DNA of 64,000 nt from an uncultured Candidatus Saccharibacteria bacterium. Its GTDB lineage: Bacteria; Patescibacteriota; Minisyncoccia; Phycocordibacterales; SBAW01. Location: contig CAZMIU010000001.1 of the NCBI GenBank assembly GCA_964566795.1, forward strand, positions 479,090 to 543,089, in the 5' to 3' direction. The number at the start of each line of letters is the position of its first letter. The first letter of the stretch is position 1. The notes below the pieces were generated by a model. That model was not told the origin of the DNA, made no database searches, and worked only from the letters and a program-made list of their open reading frames with translations. The position numbers and the translations under genes were made by a program. Of the stretch, positions 17,102-28,169 are shown one piece after another.

Positions 17102-18362
17102 GCCGGTCCCTCCGGCGCCCGTGCCCGCACCTGCACCGGCTGTGCCTCAGGTACCCACGCCGCCCGCGCCACAACCCCAAGGCGGCGCATCAAGCCATGT
17201 TGATTTAGGCAAAATCATGCTCCCTAAAAAGGAGACCCCCGGGCAAACTACCCAAAGCGCACAGCGCGTAAATGCGGGACTCCTGTTTGAGCAGGAGCAG
17301 CAGGCATCCCTCACTCAGGAGCCTAAGGCCGCGCCGGCACCGGCAGTACCGACTCCTGCTCCCAAAAAAGAACAGCCACTGGTCAAGCCATTGCAGACCT
17401 ATAAGGGCGACATTGAGAGCCTGGTGGGCCAAAACCAGGTCTCCGTTGTTTCTATAGCAGCGGCAGAGGCAGAGCGCCGCGGCGCAGAGCCGCTCAACCC
17501 CGAGCAGAAATCGCCCGGCGAGGAGACAGGCCCCAGTTGGGTTAGGCAGGCCGCTATCATAGGCGCCAGCGTTGTGCTCCTGGGGGGCGCGCTTGGTGTC
17601 GGCGCCTACATATATATCCGTATGCAGCCGGTACCTCTGGCGCAGCAGCAGCCGGCTCCATTTGCGGCAGTAGACGAGACAAGTACTGTTGAGATGCGCC
17701 CTGGCATGACGCGAGCCGAGCTCATGCAGACACTTGTTAACGCAAAAAATGACATCACCCTCTCGCTTGGGCTGGTGGGCAGGCTTTTGGTGGCAAAACC
17801 AGGGCCAGCCAACGACGGCACCATGACCGAGGTGGGTGCTCCCGAGTTTTTGCAGACACTTGCACCCTCTATACCGGCCGAGCTGGTGCGCACGCTCGAG
17901 CCGCGCATGCTGCTTGGGGTACACAGCTTTGATGAGAATCAGGCCTTTGTGCTACTCAAGACAGATTCCTACGATGTAGCCTACCGCGGCATGCTGGCGT
18001 GGGAGGCAACCATGCGGGGCGACCTCTCGCCCCTGTTTGTACGCACGCCGCCGGTGCGCCCCCGCGCAGTCCCGCCACCATCTGCACCGGCAGCAAGCTC
18101 CACCGCAACTTCAACCGCAAGTACGACTCCTGCGGTGCCTGAACCTGTGTTGCCGGCCACATTCTTTGCTGGCAATTTTATAGACCAGATTGTGGAGAAT
18201 CATGACGCGCGCGTGGTGCTAAACCAAGACGGCGATGTCCTGCTGTTGTGGACCTTCTTGGACCGCTCCACCATTGTTGTTACGACCAACCCCCAGACCC
18301 TGCGCGAGCTCATATCGCGCGTGTCGCAGGCAAGTATCCTGACCCTGCCCGCGGGCAACTAG
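17052..18362 (+). CDS. Hypothetical Pro-rich single-pass membrane protein
   Basis: Pro/Ala-rich N-terminus, TM (AIIGASVVLLGGALGVGAYIYI); overlaps the end of pnp, start uncertain. Confidence 0.75.
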   Translation: MPPQTPDPHAAPTPPPKPVPPAPVPAPAPAVPQVPTPPAPQPQGGASSHVDLGKIMLPKKETPGQTTQSAQRVNAGLLFEQEQQASLTQEPKAAPAPAVPTPAPKKEQPLVKPLQTYKGDIESLVGQNQVSVVSIAAAEAERRGAEPLNPEQKSPGEETGPSWVRQAAIIGASVVLLGGALGVGAYIYIRMQPVPLAQQQPAPFAAVDETSTVEMRPGMTRAELMQTLVNAKNDITLSLGLVGRLLVAKPGPANDGTMTEVGAPEFLQTLAPSIPAELVRTLEPRMLLGVHSFDENQAFVLLKTDSYDVAYRGMLAWEATMRGDLSPLFVRTPPVRPRAVPPPSAPAASSTATSTASTTPAVPEPVLPATFFAGNFIDQIVENHDARVVLNQDGDVLLLWTFLDRSTIVVTTNPQTLRELISRVSQASILTLPAGN

Positions 18363-18393
18363 CACCATAGGATGGGTACGGTATACTGTGCCC

Positions 18394-18744
18394 ATGGACA
18401 CAGAGAATTTTATAATAAAGCTCAAAGAGGAGCAGGATTTGCTTATCAAGCAGCTTGGCGATATTGCGGTAGAGAATGACAACGGCACGTGGAGCGTTAA
18501 GGCGCCGGAGATGGATGTTATGAGCCCTATAGCCGAGCCCAACGAGGCTGCAGACAAACTTGAGGAGATAGACGAGCGCGAGGAGGAGGTAGTAACCCTG
18601 GGTGCCCGCCTGAGCGAGGTACGCCGCGCACTCCAGTCTTTTGATGAGGGGACCTACGGTATCTGCGAGGTATGCCAAAAGCACATTGAGGAGGAACGCC
18701 TGGAGGCCAACCCGGCCGCCCGCACCTGTGTTGAGCACATGTAA
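18394..18744 (+). CDS. TraR/DksA C4-type zinc-finger protein
   Basis: GTYGICEVC...ERLEANPAARTCVEH. Confidence 0.9.
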   Translation: MDTENFIIKLKEEQDLLIKQLGDIAVENDNGTWSVKAPEMDVMSPIAEPNEAADKLEEIDEREEEVVTLGARLSEVRRALQSFDEGTYGICEVCQKHIEEERLEANPAARTCVEHM

Positions 18745-18778
18745 AGAAAAAGCCCCGGCATTCGCCGGGGCTTTTTTG

Positions 18779-18964
18779 TTAGCGACCAAAGGAGCGGTAG
18801 GACATGTAGTCCGAAGCAGGGGCGTGCCTGCGAGAAAACGCGGTGCGCTCATGCGTCGTGCGCGCAATACCGGAGTGGGGTCTGTTGTAGCCAAAAGACT
18901 GAGCGGCGCCATAGAGCAGTAATGCCACAACAAGAGCCGACCCATAAAACAGTGCTGACTTCAT
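18779..18964 (-). CDS. Small protein with N-terminal hydrophobic segment (61 aa)
   Basis: MKSALFYGSALVVALLLYGAA; GAGG SD; ends at a bidirectional terminator. Confidence 0.5.
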   Translation of the reverse strand: MKSALFYGSALVVALLLYGAAQSFGYNRPHSGIARTTHERTAFSRRHAPASDYMSYRSFGR

Positions 18965-19070
18965 TACACGTCCTCATATGTACTGGATAACTTAGACGAC
19001 CGTACCACAATGGGTGTCAATACACAAAAAGCTATGCAGCCGCTTGTTGCTCTGGTAAGGTGGATGCGCT

Positions 19071-20630
19071 ATGCAATACGCCAAAGTACACGGCGCACAA
19101 ACCTCGCTCCTTTCTCCGTACATCGTTTCTATCGAGACAGACCTATCGCGGGGGCTCCACAGCTTTACGGTTGTCGGCCTCCCCGACAAGGCTGTCGAGG
19201 AGGCGCGCGACCGCGTCTCTGCAGCAATCAAGCACTCGGGGTTTGAAAGCCCAAAACAACGCAACCAAAAAATAGTCGTCTCGCTCTCACCGGCAGATCT
19301 AAAAAAAGAGGGGCCGATGTTTGACCTGCCTATGGCGCTCTCCTACCTTTTGGCAGCAGGGGACATACGCTTTAACCCCGAGCCGTATCTATTTGTGGGC
19401 GAGCTGTCTCTAGATGGCGCGCTACAACCGGTGCGCGGCGTGTTGCCTCTTGTGGCAGAAGCCAAGAGGCGCGGCAAGCAGGCAGTGTTTGTACCCAAGG
19501 CCAACCAAAAAGAAGCAGCACTTGTCGGCGGCATCGGGGTATACGGTGCAGACTCCCTGATGGAGGTTGTAGACTTCTTAAACGAGAAAAAGACATTTGA
19601 GGCAAAGCACCGCAAGGCCCGCAGCACACTTGCACGCACAGAACAGACAAAGCTCACGCCAGACTTTGGCGAGGCACAGTTTGCCTTTGAGGACATACGC
19701 GGGCAGGAGTCGGCCAAGCGCGCCGCTATTATTGCGGCCGCAGGCGGGCACAACCTGGGGCTCTCGGGCCCGCCAGGCACGGGCAAGACCATGCTCGCGC
19801 GTGCGCTCGCCTCTATTTTGCCGCCGCTTAACTTTGAGGACATGCTCGAGGTCAATGGCATACACTCTGTGGCCGGCACATTGCGTGCGGGCATCATGAC
19901 TGTACCGCCGTTTCGCTCACCGCATCACACCTCGAGCTATGTCTCGATTGTGGGCGGCGGCGCCACACCGCGCCCGGGGGAGGCAACCTTGGCGCATAAG
20001 GGCGTGCTCTTTCTGGACGAGTTCCCGGAGTTTGAGAGGCGCGTTATCGAGGCGCTGCGCCAGCCCATGGAGGACAGGGTGATAAGCGTTGCGCGCGCCA
20101 AGGGCACGGCGCAGTTTCCGGCGCGCTTTACGCTCGTTGCCGCGATGAACCCGTGCCCGTGCGGCAATTATGGGCATCCGGAAATTGCCTGCACCTGCAG
20201 CCCATTTGCGCTTGAGAAATATAAAAAGAAAATATCGGGGCCCATTGCCGACCGCATAGACCTCTGGTGCACGATGGGACCTATCGAGCTTGGCGAGTTG
20301 GGCAAAAGAAAAAAGGAGGGGACAGAGACACGCGTTGCGCGCGAAAAGGTACTTAAAGCCCGCGCCGCACAAAAGGGCCGGTTTATCCACACTAAAAACC
20401 CTGGCAAAACAAACAGCGAACTTAGCCCGCGCGAGATAGACGAACTTATCCCGCTCACCGCGAGCGTGCGCTCAACGCTCGAGAAAGCTGCGACGCGTTT
20501 GGCGCTCTCTCCGCGCGCATACCACCGCGTGATAAAAGTTGCGCGCACAATAGCCGACCTCGACGACTCTCCAGACATCAACGACTCGCACATTTTGGAA
20601 GCCCTGCAATACCGCGAACGCAAGAACTAA
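19071..20630 (+). CDS. comM: YifB/ComM Mg-chelatase-like AAA+ ATPase
   Basis: VGLPDKAVEE, GPPGTGKT, FRSPHH, LFLDEFPEF, AMNPCPCG. Confidence 0.95.
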   Translation: MQYAKVHGAQTSLLSPYIVSIETDLSRGLHSFTVVGLPDKAVEEARDRVSAAIKHSGFESPKQRNQKIVVSLSPADLKKEGPMFDLPMALSYLLAAGDIRFNPEPYLFVGELSLDGALQPVRGVLPLVAEAKRRGKQAVFVPKANQKEAALVGGIGVYGADSLMEVVDFLNEKKTFEAKHRKARSTLARTEQTKLTPDFGEAQFAFEDIRGQESAKRAAIIAAAGGHNLGLSGPPGTGKTMLARALASILPPLNFEDMLEVNGIHSVAGTLRAGIMTVPPFRSPHHTSSYVSIVGGGATPRPGEATLAHKGVLFLDEFPEFERRVIEALRQPMEDRVISVARAKGTAQFPARFTLVAAMNPCPCGNYGHPEIACTCSPFALEKYKKKISGPIADRIDLWCTMGPIELGELGKRKKEGTETRVAREKVLKARAAQKGRFIHTKNPGKTNSELSPREIDELIPLTASVRSTLEKAATRLALSPRAYHRVIKVARTIADLDDSPDINDSHILEALQYRERKN

Positions 20631-20673
20631 TTTGTGTACCGCAAATTTTATAAAGGCTGTATGATGCCGGCAT

Positions 20674-21303
20674 ATGGCCACGCCGCATTTTGGGGAGTCT
20701 CTAAAATTTCTTAAGAAAGATATTCATCTGGGTAGTTTTGTTATAAAACACGGCCCCATTGTGCACCGGCGCAAACACGCCGGCCACGCGTTTCAATCGC
20801 TTGCCGAGGCCATCATATTTCAGCAACTCTCGGGCAAGGCGGCCGCTACCATTTTAAAAAGGTTTAAGTCCTTGTGGCCGGGCAAAACATTCCCAACCCC
20901 CGACGATGCTTTGAAAGTTAAAACAGACAAGCTGCGCTCGGTCGGTTTGTCCGGGCAAAAGTCTGCCTACATCAAAGACCTTGCAGCCAAGTTTAAGGAC
21001 GGCACAATAAACCCCAGGCTTTTTAGCAACATGAGCGACGCAGAGATTATCGAGCACGTGGTGAGAGTCAAGGGTATTGGCGAGTGGACCGCGCAGATGT
21101 TTTTGATGTTTACACTGCACAGGCCCGATGTGTTGCCCACAGGCGACCTTGGCATACAAAAGGGATTTCAAAGGCTGTTTCACTTGCGCTCACGCCCAAG
21201 CCCTGAGCGTATGGAGAAACTCGCACGTGCCTGGGCAGGGCATCGCACACTGGCGTGCATGTATCTGTGGCGCCTCGCAGACGGGGAGGGAGACGAGTGG
21301 TGA
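20674..21303 (+). CDS. DNA-3-methyladenine glycosylase II (AlkA family)
   Basis: IIFQQLSGKAA, HhH motif VKGIGEWTA, PDVLPTGDLG. Confidence 0.92.
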   Translation: MATPHFGESLKFLKKDIHLGSFVIKHGPIVHRRKHAGHAFQSLAEAIIFQQLSGKAAATILKRFKSLWPGKTFPTPDDALKVKTDKLRSVGLSGQKSAYIKDLAAKFKDGTINPRLFSNMSDAEIIEHVVRVKGIGEWTAQMFLMFTLHRPDVLPTGDLGIQKGFQRLFHLRSRPSPERMEKLARAWAGHRTLACMYLWRLADGEGDEW

Positions 21304-21391
21304 TTTGTGTATCGGGAGAGTTACACAAGTCCTTATTTTGCAACGTTTTTTAGCGTGTTTCACAGGCGGGTATCTGGTAGGATAGCCATAT

Positions 21392-22231
21392 ATGCAAATC
21401 TTTAGGTGGGCGGTCATAGCGGTAGTATTGGTCTTTGCCATCATTGGCGCTGCGTTTGTCGGGGTGTACTTTGCCATGCAGTATGGCCTCCTCAATGTGC
21501 GCGGCTCTATCGCCGAGCGCAACGAGTTTTTTGGCACAGCATCCTCCTCGCAAAAAACTCCCTGCATTGATGCAGAGCAAAAGGCGTGTGCCTGGAACAA
21601 GACTCCGGAGTGGGAGGTGGTAAAGGGAGGGCTACAGAAAGACGCCGGGCTTATACATCGCGTCGCGATGGAGACGGGGGTTTCCGCACGCATGATCGCG
21701 ACCGTGATCGTGCCGGAGCAGACCAGGTTTTTTACATCAAACCGCGAGGTGTTTAAGCGCTACTTTGAGCCTCTTAAAATTTTAGGCTCGCTGTCACAAT
21801 TCTCGCTCGGCGTATCGGGCATCAAAGAAGAGACCGCAGACAAGATTGAGCAGTATGCAAACAACCCGGAGTCGCCGTTTTATCCGGGCGATGGGTTGAG
21901 CGCTCTGATTGCATACCCCGATGGGGTCGACCACGACAGCGAACTCTTTAACCGCCTGACCGACGCCAAGGACCATTACTACTCGCTGCTCTACACCGCG
22001 CTCTATATAAAAGAAATCGAGATGCAGTGGAAGCGCGCCGGGTTTGATATCTCCAAAAATCCTGAGGCAGTGGCGACGTTGTTTAATATCGGGTTTCAAT
22101 CATCAAACCCCAACGCCAACCCGCGCGCCGCGGGCGCAGCGATTGAGACGGGCGGCAACACCTATGTGTATGGCGAGCTGGCCGCACTCTTCTACAACTC
22201 GGACGAGCTGACGGACGTGTTCCCTAAATAG
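21392..22231 (+). CDS. Membrane-anchored hypothetical protein, possible lysozyme-like fold
   Basis: N-terminal TM; IATVIVPEQ...SLGVSGIK...ATLFNIG resembles E/GLxQ/AYN motifs. Function is tentative. Confidence 0.65.
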   Translation: MQIFRWAVIAVVLVFAIIGAAFVGVYFAMQYGLLNVRGSIAERNEFFGTASSSQKTPCIDAEQKACAWNKTPEWEVVKGGLQKDAGLIHRVAMETGVSARMIATVIVPEQTRFFTSNREVFKRYFEPLKILGSLSQFSLGVSGIKEETADKIEQYANNPESPFYPGDGLSALIAYPDGVDHDSELFNRLTDAKDHYYSLLYTALYIKEIEMQWKRAGFDISKNPEAVATLFNIGFQSSNPNANPRAAGAAIETGGNTYVYGELAALFYNSDELTDVFPK

Positions 22232-22285
22232 CCGAACAAATTTGTTTTTCTCCTCTACGAAAAACTCCGGCATGAGCCGGAGTTT

Positions 22286-23341
22286 TTACTTGGCGAATGG
22301 GTTGGCGGCGCCGCGTACCTCAAAGTGCAGGTGGTTGCCTGTCGACTTTCCCGTGTTGCCCACCGCGCCAATCTGCTGGCCCTTTTCAACCGTGGCACCG
22401 GTGGTGGTCATGACGCGGCTCATGTGTGCGTACAGAGTTTGCGTGCCGTTCTGGTGCTGTACTACTACATAGTTGCCGTAGCCGCCGTTGTATCCGCCGT
22501 TGCTGAGCGCAACCACAACGGTGCCACCTGCCGACGCGTAGATGGGCGTACCGTTTGGCGCACCAATGTCGATGCCGTTGTAGCCGTGCACACCCTGGGT
22601 GATAACACCGCCCGCGACCGGCCATCCGTAGTAGCCCGAGATCGCCGGACCTCCCGCTGCAACTGTCGCACCAGCGCCGGTACCGGCACCTGGTTTTTTA
22701 GCGGCGACAAGCGGCTTGGCTGCGGGTGCCGATGCAAGCGTGCCGTTGGGTATCAAAATCTTGTCGCCCGCCTTGAGCGCGCCGGAGATATCATTGTGCT
22801 CAAGAATCTCAGACTCCTGTGCGTTATACTTTTTAGCCAGCGAGGCAATGGTCTCCCCGGTCTTTGCTGTGTGGTACACGCCACTTACCGGCAGGATAAC
22901 GAGCGTCTGACCCTCGTGGATAGTGCCTGTTGTGAGATCGTTGGCCCACTTGATGGTGTTTACCGACACATCAAACATATCCGCGATTGTGGAGAGGTTG
23001 TCTCCCGCACGCACAACATAGACGCTCACCGCAGATGCCGGGGCCTTGGCCTCTATGTCGACTGCCGTGCCCGAGGGCCCGTCTTGGGGTACCAGGGCAG
23101 AGTCATCTACAACACGCACATCACCGCCACCAACAGAGGGGTTGGGGTCGAGGTTGGTGGCCGGAGCCAAAAGGCGCAGCGTTTGTGAGTTTTGGGGCTG
23201 AGCTGCGGCACTTGCCTGAGGAGTAATCCTCTGAAGCAGGGCAGACAAAAAGCCAGCCGAGGCAACGGTAGGCACAAGGAGACCCCAGGACGAGCCTGCC
23301 GTCAGGAGTACATATACTGAAATCCTTTTAAACTTCTCCAT
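22286..23341 (-). CDS. LysM-containing M23 metallopeptidase
   Basis: YVVRAGDNLSTIA LysM; HGYNGIDIG, TLYAHM, STGNHLHFE. Confidence 0.93.
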   Translation of the reverse strand: MEKFKRISVYVLLTAGSSWGLLVPTVASAGFLSALLQRITPQASAAAQPQNSQTLRLLAPATNLDPNPSVGGGDVRVVDDSALVPQDGPSGTAVDIEAKAPASAVSVYVVRAGDNLSTIADMFDVSVNTIKWANDLTTGTIHEGQTLVILPVSGVYHTAKTGETIASLAKKYNAQESEILEHNDISGALKAGDKILIPNGTLASAPAAKPLVAAKKPGAGTGAGATVAAGGPAISGYYGWPVAGGVITQGVHGYNGIDIGAPNGTPIYASAGGTVVVALSNGGYNGGYGNYVVVQHQNGTQTLYAHMSRVMTTTGATVEKGQQIGAVGNTGKSTGNHLHFEVRGAANPFAK

Positions 23342-23589
23342 AAGGGGTGCCGGACCCTTGGGGGAAGGTATGGGGGTGTGTGATGCCAAAGCGGGTGTAC
23401 CGTTTTCTCCCTCTGCTGCGCTAAAAAATGGCTCTATTGAGCCATGCTTTAGCTCCTCTAGCGGTACATACTAAACTGTAGCAAGCATGAATTGTGCGTC
23501 AACAAGCAAAAATGAACTAGACCTTGTTTTTGGGGTAAAAATCATGAAAATCTCTAGGAAATAAAGGCTTTTTGGGGTACTTTAGGTAG

Positions 23590-25488
23590 ATGAACCCGCA
23601 TGCTGGATTAAACACTGCACAACAGGATGCGACTAAATCAATACATGGACCACTGTTGGTGCTGGCTGGGGCCGGCGCAGGCAAGACCAAGGTCATTGCC
23701 CACCGGATTTTGGAGATTGTAAGGCAGGGGGCGGCCCCGCAAGAGGTTCTGGCTATCACCTTTACCAACAAAGCGGCGGGGGAAATGCGCGAGAGGGTGG
23801 TCGGGCTCCTCAAAGAGCACGGTCATGGGGGCTCCGGAGCGCCATTTGTATCCACCTTTCACTCCCTGGGACTCTCTATTATTAAGGAGCATGCCAAGCT
23901 CCTCGGGTACAGGCGCGCGCCGGCTATATATGACCGGGCCGACTGCTTGAGCGAGATTAAGGCAGCGCTCAAGGCCATAGGCGAGGTTGAGTTTGAGCCC
24001 CGGATGGTCCTGGGGGCAATCTCGCGCGCCAAAGGCGACGGCCTTACACTCGGGGCCTACAGCGAGCGGGCGAGCAACTTTAGAGAGCGAGCTATTGCAA
24101 CCGCCTGGAACCTCTACGAGCAGGCGCTAAAAAAGGATGGCGCTGTAGACTTTGACGACCTTTTGCTTAAGGCGGTCGAACTGCTCACACAACACCCAGA
24201 GATCCGCGCTGCCTACCACAAGCGCTGGCGCTATGTACATATAGATGAGTATCAGGACACCAATATTATCCAGGACCGCTTGGCCGACTTGTTGGTAGGG
24301 CCGGAGCGCAACATCTGTGTGGTGGGCGACCCCGACCAGACCATTTATGGATGGCGCGGTGCCAAGATAGAAAATATTTTGCACTTTGAGCGAAAATATA
24401 AAGACGCGAAGGTAGTGACCTTGGAGGAAAACTACCGCTCGAGCAAAAATATTTTGGACGCGGCAAATAATCTTATTGCCAACAACCCAAACCGCCCCGA
24501 AAAAAACCTCAGCACATCGCGCGGACCGGGAGAGCAGCTCTCCTTATATATGGCAGGAGACGGGGGAGACGAGGCACTGTTTGTGGCACGAAAAATTGGC
24601 GAGCTCAGAGACGAGGGGGTATCGTGCGAGAACATTGCGGTGCTGTACCGCGCCAACTTCCAGTCGCGCGCCATAGAGGAGAAGTTGCTCGACAACTCTA
24701 TCCCGTATCAAGTGCTTGGCACGCGCTTTTTTGAGCGCAAGGAAGTTAAGGATGTGTTGTCATTTATACGCGCCGCTACCAGTGAGACTCCGGCCGACCT
24801 GGGCCGCGTTATAGACACCATGCCGGGTATGGGCAAGGTGACCAAGCTCAAGATTTTGTCGGGCCAAGAGTCGGCGCTGCCGGCCAAAATGCGTGAGCGT
24901 GTGTCTGGTATGCGTGCTCTGCTTAAAAAAATACAGACAAGCACGGACACCATGCCGCCATCGCAGCTGGTGCGGATGGCGGTCGTTGATAGTGGGATTG
25001 AAAAGACTCTCAAAGAGGACAAACTCGAGGGCGGCGAGCGCCTGGAGAACCTGGCCGAGCTGGTCTCCTTGGCATCGCGCTACGACAAACTCCCGCCGCC
25101 GCAGGGATTGGAGATGTTTTTGGAGAGCGCCGCACTTGCGAGCGACCAGGACGAGATTAAAGATACCGAGAGTAAAGTGCGTCTTATGACCGTGCACGCG
25201 GCCAAGGGGCTCGAGTACGCATATGTGTTTATTGTGGGGCTTGAGGAAGGGCTCTTCCCGTACTCACGCGAGGATGATGCAAAAAACAGCATCGAGGAGG
25301 AGCGCCGGCTTATGTATGTCGCCCTTACCCGTGCCAAGAAAAAGCTCTATCTCTCATTTGCTATGATGCGCACGGTGTTTGGCAACCTCGACATGCGCCA
25401 AGCCTCGTCATTTTTGGAGGAATTGCCGGGTGGGCTTATACTCGCCGAGACCCCGGAGCGGCTGGGCAAAACAATATACTTAGACTGA
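23590..25488 (+). CDS. pcrA: UvrD/PcrA helicase
   Basis: AGAGAGKT, TFTNKAA, DEYQDTN, NYRSS, MTVHAAKGLE, EERRLMYVALTRA. Confidence 0.95.
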   Translation: MNPHAGLNTAQQDATKSIHGPLLVLAGAGAGKTKVIAHRILEIVRQGAAPQEVLAITFTNKAAGEMRERVVGLLKEHGHGGSGAPFVSTFHSLGLSIIKEHAKLLGYRRAPAIYDRADCLSEIKAALKAIGEVEFEPRMVLGAISRAKGDGLTLGAYSERASNFRERAIATAWNLYEQALKKDGAVDFDDLLLKAVELLTQHPEIRAAYHKRWRYVHIDEYQDTNIIQDRLADLLVGPERNICVVGDPDQTIYGWRGAKIENILHFERKYKDAKVVTLEENYRSSKNILDAANNLIANNPNRPEKNLSTSRGPGEQLSLYMAGDGGDEALFVARKIGELRDEGVSCENIAVLYRANFQSRAIEEKLLDNSIPYQVLGTRFFERKEVKDVLSFIRAATSETPADLGRVIDTMPGMGKVTKLKILSGQESALPAKMRERVSGMRALLKKIQTSTDTMPPSQLVRMAVVDSGIEKTLKEDKLEGGERLENLAELVSLASRYDKLPPPQGLEMFLESAALASDQDEIKDTESKVRLMTVHAAKGLEYAYVFIVGLEEGLFPYSREDDAKNSIEEERRLMYVALTRAKKKLYLSFAMMRTVFGNLDMRQASSFLEELPGGLILAETPERLGKTIYLD

Positions 25489-26216
25489 TGCTTAAGAAGA
25501 AATCACTCGGGCAGCATTTTCTGAATAATAAGAGCCACCTTAACGCGGTGGCTGATGCTGCGGATATCAAAGCGGGGGAGACCGTGATAGAGATTGGCCC
25601 GGGCGAGGGCGCGCTTACAGCGGTGCTCCTGGAGAGGGGAGCCAGCGTGATAGCACTGGAGAAAGACGCGCGGCTTATAGATGTGCTCAAGGAAAAATTT
25701 AGGGGCCAGGACTTTGAGGTCATAGAGGGCGATGCGCTGGATTTCGATACAGAAGGGCACCTTCTGCATGCAGAAGGTGCCCTTCTGTCATACAAAGTGG
25801 TGGGTAATGTGCCGTACTACATTACCGGTGCTTTGTTTAAAAAGTTTTTAAGCGGCACAAAGCAACCCTCTACACTCGTATTTTTAGTGCAAAAGGAGGT
25901 CGCTGAGCGCATCGCCAAAGAAAAGAAAGAGTCCATACTCTCGCTGTCTGTTAAAGCGTACGGGCATCCGAAGTATATAAAGACAGTCCCGGCGGGAGCG
26001 TTTGTACCGCCGCCCAAGGTAGACTCGGCCATACTTCTTGTCTCTGATATCTCCCGCAAAAACTTTAAAAACAAAAAACACGAGGAGACCTTTTTCGAGC
26101 TCATTAAAAAAGCATTCGGCCAGAAGCGCAAAATGCTGCGCGCCACGATAGGTATTGACTCGAGCAAAAGGCCAGAAGACCTCTCACTCAGTGAGTGGCT
26201 CAAACTTTCTTTATAA
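25488..26216 (+). CDS. rsmA: 16S rRNA dimethyltransferase
   Basis: [34 protein letters not shown]. Confidence 0.97.
   Translation: MLKKKSLGQHFLNNKSHLNAVADAADIKAGETVIEIGPGEGALTAVLLERGASVIALEKDARLIDVLKEKFRGQDFEVIEGDALDFDTEGHLLHAEGALLSYKVVGNVPYYITGALFKKFLSGTKQPSTLVFLVQKEVAERIAKEKKESILSLSVKAYGHPKYIKTVPAGAFVPPPKVDSAILLVSDISRKNFKNKKHEETFFELIKKAFGQKRKMLRATIGIDSSKRPEDLSLSEWLKLSL
25749..25788. repeat. In-frame palindromic element, copy 2
   Basis: Perfect 40-bp palindrome ACAGAAGGGCACCTTCTGCA|TGCAGAAGGTGCCCTTCTGT. Confidence 0.9.
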
Positions 26217-27245
26217 CGGCGTAAGTGAGGAGCCGGTTATGGGTGTGATAAGCCCGCGGCTCGGTATCGGTACACACGCAGTGCCTACATATATCCAGCA
26301 CGATGGAGTAATAGGCTCGTAAATTCCCTTAGTGGCGATCGCTGGCAGAGGGAGGTTGTGCCAATTAAATGCCTCGGTACCAAACACATAGTCGAGTGTA
26401 AGGTTGGTAGTGATATGCACCTGCGGCAGGAAAACAAACATCTGGGTTACCACTGGCGTACAGGTACACACAGGTATGACTGTTGCAACATAACCTCCAA
26501 ACGGCAACCCGAGCGCCGCCTGCGCAGTCTCGCCCACAAAGAATGTGCTGATGGTTGAGAGCGAGGTCTTAAAGAACGCCATAACCGGACCGCCCGCCTC
26601 TGCCTGCTTCTTTTTAAAGAATTCCTGCTCCTGCTCATAAAATTTGTCCAGTGTCTTTTGGGCGTCCGGAGTAATTTTGCGGATCTCCTTCTCAACTGCC
26701 GCGATCATGTCCTGAGATTCGCCGCGGTCCTTGAGACCCTTCTTTACATCTGCGATATACATTTCTATACGCTCATCCAAAGACGGCATCTTAAACGCAG
26801 ACGACACAGAGGTATCTACCTGAGCTACTGGGGCAGATGGACTGCTGGCAGTGGGGGTGTAGGAGGCCACTGAGGAGGAGGCCCCACCCACCGTGGCCGC
26901 AGACACCTTCTCCAGCTGGGCGCGGGTGGCCGGGCCCACAAAGCCGGTAGGAGCGGTCAGGCCGCCGGGAGCCAGAACCTCTTGAAAGTACTTGGCTTGG
27001 AACTTTTTAACCGCCTCAAAGGTCTTTGCACCAAAGTACGTCGTCTCCTGGCCCGGAGAGCCGGCGCCAGTCTCGGCAACTTTGGTGTCTGCGGAGGCAT
27101 TGAGCACCTGCTGGAGCGTTATCACATCAAAACCGGAGTCACCCATGCGCAGGTTGGTGCCAAAGGTGTAGGCAACCGCAGCAAAGGGTGCCATGAGAGC
27201 GCCTATCATGAGTGCTACACGAGCAACAAGAGATACCTTCTGCAT
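26211..27245 (-). CDS. Secreted peptidoglycan-binding-domain protein
   Basis: Signal peptide; [18 protein letters not shown]...[14 protein letters not shown]...GFVGPATRA; Cys-rich C-terminus. Confidence 0.85.
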   Translation of the reverse strand: MQKVSLVARVALMIGALMAPFAAVAYTFGTNLRMGDSGFDVITLQQVLNASADTKVAETGAGSPGQETTYFGAKTFEAVKKFQAKYFQEVLAPGGLTAPTGFVGPATRAQLEKVSAATVGGASSSVASYTPTASSPSAPVAQVDTSVSSAFKMPSLDERIEMYIADVKKGLKDRGESQDMIAAVEKEIRKITPDAQKTLDKFYEQEQEFFKKKQAEAGGPVMAFFKTSLSTISTFFVGETAQAALGLPFGGYVATVIPVCTCTPVVTQMFVFLPQVHITTNLTLDYVFGTEAFNWHNLPLPAIATKGIYEPITPSCWIYVGTACVPIPSRGLITPITGSSLTPL

Positions 27246-27269
27246 ACTTTCATTATATACTTGATGGCA

Positions 27270-28151
27270 ATGAGCCCGCGCCATTACCTGCCGTCAACAC
27301 AGTTTTTGGTCATTGTGGCGTCTCTTGTAATCTCGGGTTCGGCAGTTGCGGGGGCGCAGTACTTTGTCTCATCCAAAGACACATCGGGCACGCTTACAGC
27401 ACGCGACACACAGACAGCAGATAGTGGGTGGGAGCAGTCCTTAACCGACATACAGGCACAAAGTGGGATTAACCTACCCGACGCCCCAGACCCAAACGCA
27501 GTCCAAAACCTGCTGGCGCAGGCCCAGAGTAACAATCTCACCGACAGCATAGGGAGGGGCATTTTGGTGCGCATCACGACGGCGGGGGTACAGGGGTTAG
27601 GAGACGATATACCCACTCAAGACGGCATTATCTCGGCAGCAAGCCAGCAGATTAACGCTTCATCCAAGCAGGCAGCCAGCACCCCCGTGGTACAGGTAGA
27701 GGCAACCTCTGACACTATGCGCGCTTTTGGAAACGCGGTCATGGCTGTCATGACCAGGCACCCCAAAGCCAGCTTTAATGAGACTGTTGGAATACTCGCC
27801 AAGGCAACAGACACCCGCGACCCAAAGCCCCTGGCCGACTTAGCCGCGATAGGGCAGGAGTATAAGGTTTTGGCAGACGAGCTGTCCTTGATACCCACCC
27901 CAAAAACCATCGCTCCGCTATATCAGCGCGCGGTCTCTAACATGAATACGATAAGCACCCTATACGGGGAGCTGGGCACGGTGGTAAGTGACCCAGTGCG
28001 CGGGCTTGCCGCACTGCAGCAATACCAGCAACTTGTGTCAGAAACGAGCGGCGTGTTCACAAATATGGCTCAGATGCTCAAGAATGGCGGTATACTTTTT
28101 AGTAAGGACGAGCCGGGAAGCGCGTGGGAGCTTTTCCTGTCCGCATCCTAA
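27270..28151 (+). CDS. Hypothetical membrane-anchored protein (T4SS locus)
   Basis: N-terminal TM; first gene of a co-oriented 11-gene run. Start is 27264 or 27270. Confidence 0.75.
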   Translation: MSPRHYLPSTQFLVIVASLVISGSAVAGAQYFVSSKDTSGTLTARDTQTADSGWEQSLTDIQAQSGINLPDAPDPNAVQNLLAQAQSNNLTDSIGRGILVRITTAGVQGLGDDIPTQDGIISAASQQINASSKQAASTPVVQVEATSDTMRAFGNAVMAVMTRHPKASFNETVGILAKATDTRDPKPLADLAAIGQEYKVLADELSLIPTPKTIAPLYQRAVSNMNTISTLYGELGTVVSDPVRGLAALQQYQQLVSETSGVFTNMAQMLKNGGILFSKDEPGSAWELFLSAS

Positions 28152-28169
28152 ACGCCCGTACTTATTGTC

